A stretch of 46,767 bases of DNA, taken from positions 1 to 46,767 of the IMG/VR virus record IMGVR_UViG_3300037722_000381. One strand, given 5' to 3'. This stretch comes from a virus (lineage: Duplodnaviria > Caudoviricetes). Positions 42,637 to 46,767 of the stretch are shown here, piece after piece. Below the pieces are notes generated by a model that was not told where the DNA came from, ran no database searches, and worked only from the letters and a program-made list of their open reading frames with translations. Position numbers and translations under genes: made by a program. The stretch's first letter is position 1. The number at the start of each line of letters is the position of its first letter.

Positions 42637-42998
42637 CACTGGACCTATCGAAGCCCGTTTGCCTGCTCGGCAGCAGGGTGCCGGTGCGGATACTTTGCAC
42701 GGATGCGCCGGGCGATTGCCCAGTCGTCGGAATTGTCGAAGTCGACAATGTGGTCATGCGCTGGTCTGCGGCCGGCAACCATTATCCGAATACTGACTTA
42801 CTTTCGCAGTTCGACCTCATCAACGTCCCCGAGGAGCCGCGCGAGATCGTGCGGTGGGTGATATTTTATGACAACGACGATGACTTCCTCGCGTTCTCGT
42901 CGGAATTTCTTGCGCGAGACCATGCGCGAGAATACCCGGACGGCATCAGCGCCATAAAACAGGTTCCGCTCCGCTTCACGCCGGGTGAAGGGCTATGA
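42633..42998 (+). CDS. hypothetical protein (VRILCTDAPG..PVVG)
   Basis: GTGA overlap; phage-typical motif. Confidence 0.7.
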   Translation: MTLDLSKPVCLLGSRVPVRILCTDAPGDCPVVGIVEVDNVVMRWSAAGNHYPNTDLLSQFDLINVPEEPREIVRWVIFYDNDDDFLAFSSEFLARDHAREYPDGISAIKQVPLRFTPGEGL

Positions 42999-43111
42999 GA
43001 TTCATCCTCGAATACCTAGCCGTGTCGTTTGCCCTCCCCGTTGGCGCGTTCATCGCGGCCGTGATCGTGCTGTCCCTGTACGGGCCGATTGAGTGGGACT
43101 TACTGCAATGA
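42995..43111 (+). CDS. 38-aa TM peptide
   Basis: ATGA overlaps; MRFILEYLAVSFALPVGAFIAAVIVLSLYG... Confidence 0.5.
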   Translation: MRFILEYLAVSFALPVGAFIAAVIVLSLYGPIEWDLLQ

Positions 43112-43194
43112 CCCGCATCCTCTTCTGGTTCGCGCTCGGCATGGCGACCATGCAGGGCATCCACATGGGCTTTGATTGGAGCACGAGACTGTGA
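43108..43194 (+). CDS. 28-aa hydrophobic peptide
   Basis: ATGA/GTGA overlaps; MTRILFWFALGMATMQGIHMGFDWSTRL. Confidence 0.45.
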   Translation: MTRILFWFALGMATMQGIHMGFDWSTRL

Positions 43195-43370
43195 AAATCG
43201 CACATACAGATTTCGCAGCATGGCTCGCAGCGTTTCCGCCCGCATGGAGAGACGCATTCAAGGCGGGGCGAATCATGACACGAGAGCAATTCGCAGACGA
43301 GGCGACCAATCTGGACGAGAAGGCGCGGCATGTACGGGCTGCGCGGATGATAGGGAGCGCGGAAACGTGA
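43191..43370 (+). CDS. hypothetical protein
   Basis: GTGA overlaps, GGAG SD. Confidence 0.55.
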   Translation: MKIAHTDFAAWLAAFPPAWRDAFKAGRIMTREQFADEATNLDEKARHVRAARMIGSAET

Positions 43371-43543
43371 GAGCAATCATCGGCGGCAGCCTCGCGCTGT
43401 TCTATTCATACTTCGCTGGTGCGTTCGTTAATCTAGCGTTCGATCCCACAACGTGGACCGACACCTCGCGGACTCTTTTAGTGATACTCAGTCCGTTTGG
43501 CGTATTGATCGCGTCTATCTTCGCGTTCGAGTTTCGGCGGTGA
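43367..43543 (+). CDS. 2-TM membrane protein
   Basis: GTGA overlaps; two hydrophobic segments. Confidence 0.55.
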   Translation: MRAIIGGSLALFYSYFAGAFVNLAFDPTTWTDTSRTLLVILSPFGVLIASIFAFEFRR

Positions 43544-43683
43544 CCTTATTCGAGGCCAGCGCCCAACGCGAGTACCGCGACTGCCTGCGCCTCTATCGCA
43601 ATGCGGGCCACGGACGGCGGCGGGCTGCGTACAGGCGATTACAACTGGCGCTGATGATGTTGCTTTTGGAGGAACAGAGATGA
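43540..43683 (+). CDS. small basic protein
   Basis: GTGA/ATGA overlaps. Confidence 0.5.
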   Translation: MTLFEASAQREYRDCLRLYRNAGHGRRRAAYRRLQLALMMLLLEEQR

Positions 43684-43982
43684 ACGCGGAACTCAAGGTA
43701 AAGTGGATCGCGGCGCTGCGGAGCGGGAAGTACAGGCAGGGCTTGGGGCGATTGCGGGGTGGCGACAATAGCTACTGCTGCCTAGGCGTGCTTTGCGATG
43801 TCAGAGACTCAACGGCGTGGAATGGCAACACCTACACGAACAATTCTGTTGTTGGCATGGCGAAGAATCTTTTGGATGAGGTCGGCATTTCTCAAGATGT
43901 ACACAACCTGCTTGCGGCAATGAACGACGAGGACAAGCAAACCTTCCCCGATATAGCCGACTGGATAGAGGAAAACCTGTGA
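43680..43982 (+). CDS. conserved phage protein (KWIAALRSGKYRQG..YCCLGVLCD..TFPDIADWIE)
   Basis: GGAGG SD; recognisable phage motif. Confidence 0.8.
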   Translation: MNAELKVKWIAALRSGKYRQGLGRLRGGDNSYCCLGVLCDVRDSTAWNGNTYTNNSVVGMAKNLLDEVGISQDVHNLLAAMNDEDKQTFPDIADWIEENL

Positions 43983-44179
43983 TGAACGCGGAACCGACAC
44001 AGGCCGAACAGCGCGCGGTATCCCTCCTTCAAGGGATCGCCAACGACTACGACTGGTATCTGAAACACCCCGAGGATGCTGCGAGGCATATCGACATGAT
44101 CGAAGCTGCATGGAGAGATATGGCGCGGATCAGGACGCTCGCATACGAAGCGCAGCGCGGCGAACGGAGGGTGGCGTGA
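43982..44179 (+). CDS. hypothetical protein
   Basis: TGATG overlap. Confidence 0.6.
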   Translation: MNAEPTQAEQRAVSLLQGIANDYDWYLKHPEDAARHIDMIEAAWRDMARIRTLAYEAQRGERRVA

Positions 44180-44391
44180 GCAAGTCCCGCGTGCTGAGGA
44201 TTTTCGACGCGCTTGATCGGGCCTACAGCGGATTGCTCGATTTGCCGTTCGGTCACCCCGCGCGGCTCGGGTTGCAGGGTGCTATGGCGACATTGCGCGA
44301 CGCTATCGCAGCCATGACGGCCGAAGATAGTGGGACCGTGCAATGCCGGTATGAGGATGAATCAGCCCGCAGAACGAGGGACGCGGCGTGA
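44176..44391 (+). CDS. hypothetical protein
   Basis: GTGA overlap, GGAGG SD. Confidence 0.6.
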   Translation: MSKSRVLRIFDALDRAYSGLLDLPFGHPARLGLQGAMATLRDAIAAMTAEDSGTVQCRYEDESARRTRDAA

Positions 44392-44618
44392 CCACCGTTT
44401 GTGCAAAGTGCCAGCACCTCTACATCGTGAACAAGAACGACGCCTGGTATCGCTGGCTTTGTATGAAAGCACCGCTACCCAAGCTGTTCAACTATGTGAC
44501 GGGCGAGACAGTTGCCGACCCGCCCTACTCGTTCTGCCGGCGCATCAACGAGGGCGATTGTCAGGATTTCGAGGAAGGGGTGAATGCGTTGCACCCCGCA
44601 GATAAGGAAGGCGAGTGA
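44388..44618 (+). CDS. Cys-rich small protein
   Basis: CAKCQH...C...C...C. Confidence 0.65.
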   Translation: MTTVCAKCQHLYIVNKNDAWYRWLCMKAPLPKLFNYVTGETVADPPYSFCRRINEGDCQDFEEGVNALHPADKEGE

Positions 44619-45364
44619 TGTTTACACCGGAACAGATCGACGCGCTCAAGGCGCCGCTGGATAGCAAGTGCGTCAAGACCCGTTCACAGGCCGGGCGATC
44701 CCTCTCCTATGTCGAGGGCTGGCACGCCATCGCGGAGGCCAACCGGATATTCGGCTTCGACGCATGGGACCGCGAGACGGTCGAACTCCGGCAGCTTGGA
44801 GAGCCGCGCAGCGTGAACGAAAAGATGCGCGTGGCATTCCTAGCGCGGGTCAAGATCACCGTGTATGGCCCCGCAGCCGAGGGTAACTGGCCGGGACATA
44901 TCACCCGCGAGGGCACCGGCTACGGCTCCGGCATCGCGGCGGACTTGGGCGACGCATTCGAGTCCGCAATCAAGGAAGCCGAGACGGACGCGATGAAACG
45001 CGCCCTGATGACCTTCGGCAATCCCTTCGGCCTCGCGCTCTATGACAAAGAGCAGCGGGGCGTCACCAATGGGGGCGGTTCCGGCCCATCACCCGTCAAG
45101 TCGGACGATCCTCCCCCGTCTGACTCGCCGCCCCCTGCCCCCGCCAAATCGGCAAGCCCCGGACAATGGCAGGACTGGGCAATGCGCCTGATTGTCGGCG
45201 CGCGCTCGCAGCCAGATCGGGTTGCGCTAATCAACTACCAAGTTAAGGCGCACGACAACATGGAGTTGACGAAGCTCAAAAGCCAGAAGCTCCATGACTG
45301 GATCGTCGATCAGATGAAATCGGCGGCGAAACAGTATGACGAAATCGACTCACACGCGGCATAG
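44618..45364 (+). CDS. Rad52/Rad22-family (Sak-like) single-strand annealing protein
   Basis: LSYVEGWHAIAEANRIFGFDAW; KEAETDAMKRALMTFGNPFGLALYDK. Confidence 0.9.
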   Translation: MFTPEQIDALKAPLDSKCVKTRSQAGRSLSYVEGWHAIAEANRIFGFDAWDRETVELRQLGEPRSVNEKMRVAFLARVKITVYGPAAEGNWPGHITREGTGYGSGIAADLGDAFESAIKEAETDAMKRALMTFGNPFGLALYDKEQRGVTNGGGSGPSPVKSDDPPPSDSPPPAPAKSASPGQWQDWAMRLIVGARSQPDRVALINYQVKAHDNMELTKLKSQKLHDWIVDQMKSAAKQYDEIDSHAA

Positions 45365-45371
45365 GTGACAC

Positions 45372-45617
45372 ATGACATACGAGCAGAAAGACAACAGCGG
45401 TTCCCTGTTCAAAAATGCAAAAGGCGACAATCCCAAGCGCCCCGACTACACCGGGCGGGGGATGGTGCACGGGCAGCTTGTGCGGATTTCCGCATGGCTA
45501 GAGAAATCGAAGTCCGGCGAGACGTACCTGTCGATGAAATTCAGCGAGCATAAGCCGAAGGCCGACGACACGAACAACTACAACGCCGATCACCCCGACG
45601 ACACAATACCGTTCTGA
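45372..45617 (+). CDS. phage SSB-like protein
   Basis: GSLFKN, RPDYTG, SAW, YLS, acidic DDTIPF tail; follows recombinase. Confidence 0.8.
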   Translation: MTYEQKDNSGSLFKNAKGDNPKRPDYTGRGMVHGQLVRISAWLEKSKSGETYLSMKFSEHKPKADDTNNYNADHPDDTIPF

Positions 45618-45646
45618 TGCCGCAACTTGAACTATAGGAGAGACAC

Positions 45647-45841
45647 ATGAAGATCGACGCTCAAATTACTGGAGTGAACACGGATGGCGATACCTTGCAC
45701 GTCACAGCACAGGGTAAAATAAAGGACATGGCCGAGTGGCGGCGGCCGTTGAATATCTCTTTCGATGTGCCTGATGAGAATGGCACTCGCAAGACTTATG
45801 TCGTCGGTCGGAAACTCCGCATTGAGTTCAAGAGCAAGTAA
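45647..45841 (+). CDS. hypothetical protein
   Basis: AGGAG SD. Confidence 0.65.
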   Translation: MKIDAQITGVNTDGDTLHVTAQGKIKDMAEWRRPLNISFDVPDENGTRKTYVVGRKLRIEFKSK

Positions 45842-45845
45842 TCCC

Positions 45846-46271
45846 ATGACCGACTCCGCCGCGATCCGCGCCACCTATTCCGACTGGCGCCCCGTCAAGT
45901 CCCGCAAGGTACTTCAGCTTGTGATGGAGGTTCCCATCGAGCAGACGGAACAGGTCTTGACCATCCTCGGGGCACCGATGCCCGATAGGGAAATGTGGGT
46001 CGCGATTGCAAGACTGGCAGACGTGAGGCCGGACGCGAAACAGCCCCCGCACCCTCTCGTACAGGCGGCGGGGATACTGGCGAACGAGCCGAGGTTCCAG
46101 GTTTGGGTTGCGGAGAGAACCGGAGTGCCGTGCGACAACGCGGAGGACGCTGCGAAATACATCCGGGGTTATTGCGGGATCAGTTCACGGCGCGAGCTTG
46201 CCGATGACGGCATAGCGCAGAATTTCTTTCGACTCCTGAGAGCGGATTATGACCAATGGTGCCGGGAATGA
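45846..46271 (+). CDS. conserved phage protein (AGILANEPRFQ..IRGYCGISSRREL)
   Basis: 141-aa ORF, motif recognition. Confidence 0.75.
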   Translation: MTDSAAIRATYSDWRPVKSRKVLQLVMEVPIEQTEQVLTILGAPMPDREMWVAIARLADVRPDAKQPPHPLVQAAGILANEPRFQVWVAERTGVPCDNAEDAAKYIRGYCGISSRRELADDGIAQNFFRLLRADYDQWCRE

Positions 46272-46420
46272 CCGAGCAAGAGATCGAGGAGCGCGTGGCG
46301 AGGGCGATCTGTGTCAGTTATGGCGATAACCCGAACCACTGGGAGTCCTACAAACGGCTTGCTCGCGAACATGTCGCGGCCATAGCGGAGTATCGCAGGA
46401 TCATGGAGGAAGGGAAATGA
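46268..46420 (+). CDS. 50-aa hypothetical protein
   Basis: ATGA overlaps; ERVARAIC motif. Confidence 0.6.
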   Translation: MTEQEIEERVARAICVSYGDNPNHWESYKRLAREHVAAIAEYRRIMEEGK

Positions 46421-46596
46421 AAAAACCAACGCTGAAATCGGTAATCAGGGACTTTGAGAAACACAGGGCCGTCGTGGCTAAGGAGCGAGACAGACTGCGC
46501 GATCTTCAACTCGAAGTCGAGCAGTTAAATGAAGATTGCGATGAAGCCCTTGGCGCGCTTGAGGACGCCATAGACGCACTAAGCAGGCTTGTGTGA
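46417..46596 (+). CDS. 59-aa coiled-coil protein
   Basis: ATGA overlap, GGAGG SD. Confidence 0.6.
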   Translation: MKKPTLKSVIRDFEKHRAVVAKERDRLRDLQLEVEQLNEDCDEALGALEDAIDALSRLV

Positions 46597-46767
46597 TGCC
46601 GCACGAAAAGCCCGCCCCTGTATTCGTCGAGCCGACAGACGATGAACTGCGGCAGTTGGAAAGCTGGCTCACCAATCAACTCGGCTACGCGCGCTCGGTG
46701 CGGATGAAAAGGTATCTGACCCTCGCCGCCCAGATCGTCTCGCAATACCGCCGCAGATTCCGGCCAT
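46596..46767 (+). CDS. 57-aa protein whose stop codon spans the window junction
   Basis: TGATG overlap; final T plus AA at positions 1-2 gives TAA. Confidence 0.55.
   Translation, partial: MPHEKPAPVFVEPTDDELRQLESWLTNQLGYARSVRMKRYLTLAAQIVSQYRRRFRP

Larger units (their letters stand above)
1..46767. mobile_element. Bacteriophage genome (podovirus-like, lambdoid-style regulatory organisation), probably complete and circularly permuted
   Basis: Terminase, portal, scaffold, MCP, tail adaptor/nozzle, ejection, lysis, replication and CI/Cro modules are all present; no host housekeeping flanks; the end-to-start join restores a stop codon. Confidence 0.93.

Noticed and set aside
1-46767. CRISPR array
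   Set aside because: No run of three or more regularly spaced identical repeats with unique spacers was seen; the repeats found are pairs or dispersed motifs

Overview
The window looks like a complete, circularly permuted ~46.8-kb genome of a short-tailed (P22/HTVC010P-like) dsDNA phage. The host is probably alphaproteobacterial, inferred from GcrA-like, DUF1376 and DUF6456-like proteins. Joining the two ends completes the last ORF with a TAA stop, 1 nt before the ATG at position 4. A CI/Cro-like switch at 41.5-42.2 kb drives two arms. The + strand early arm (42.4 kb through the end, then 1-2.5 kb) holds a Rad52/Sak recombinase, an SSB-like protein, a Lar-like protein and many coupled micro-ORFs. 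The ~39-kb minus-strand arm holds replication, NinG, HNH-AP2, a late regulator, a highly structured late leader, terminase, a four-gene glycosyl/methyltransferase cluster, portal, GroES, scaffold, capsid, fibres, tail adaptor/nozzle, ejection proteins, proteases and lysis genes. I recognised no integrase or partition genes. The leading candidate novel system is virion glycosylation: the GT/MTase-Maf cluster sits between terminase and portal, and the outer structural proteins are rich in [VTA]-S-[GA] motifs. Other points of interest are structured RNA leaders (one with a kissing loop), a gene nested in the portal ORF, an ejection-like gene splitting the spanin pair, and an HNH-AP2 nuclease framed by DUF551 ends. 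All family assignments come from motif recognition by eye, not from database searches.
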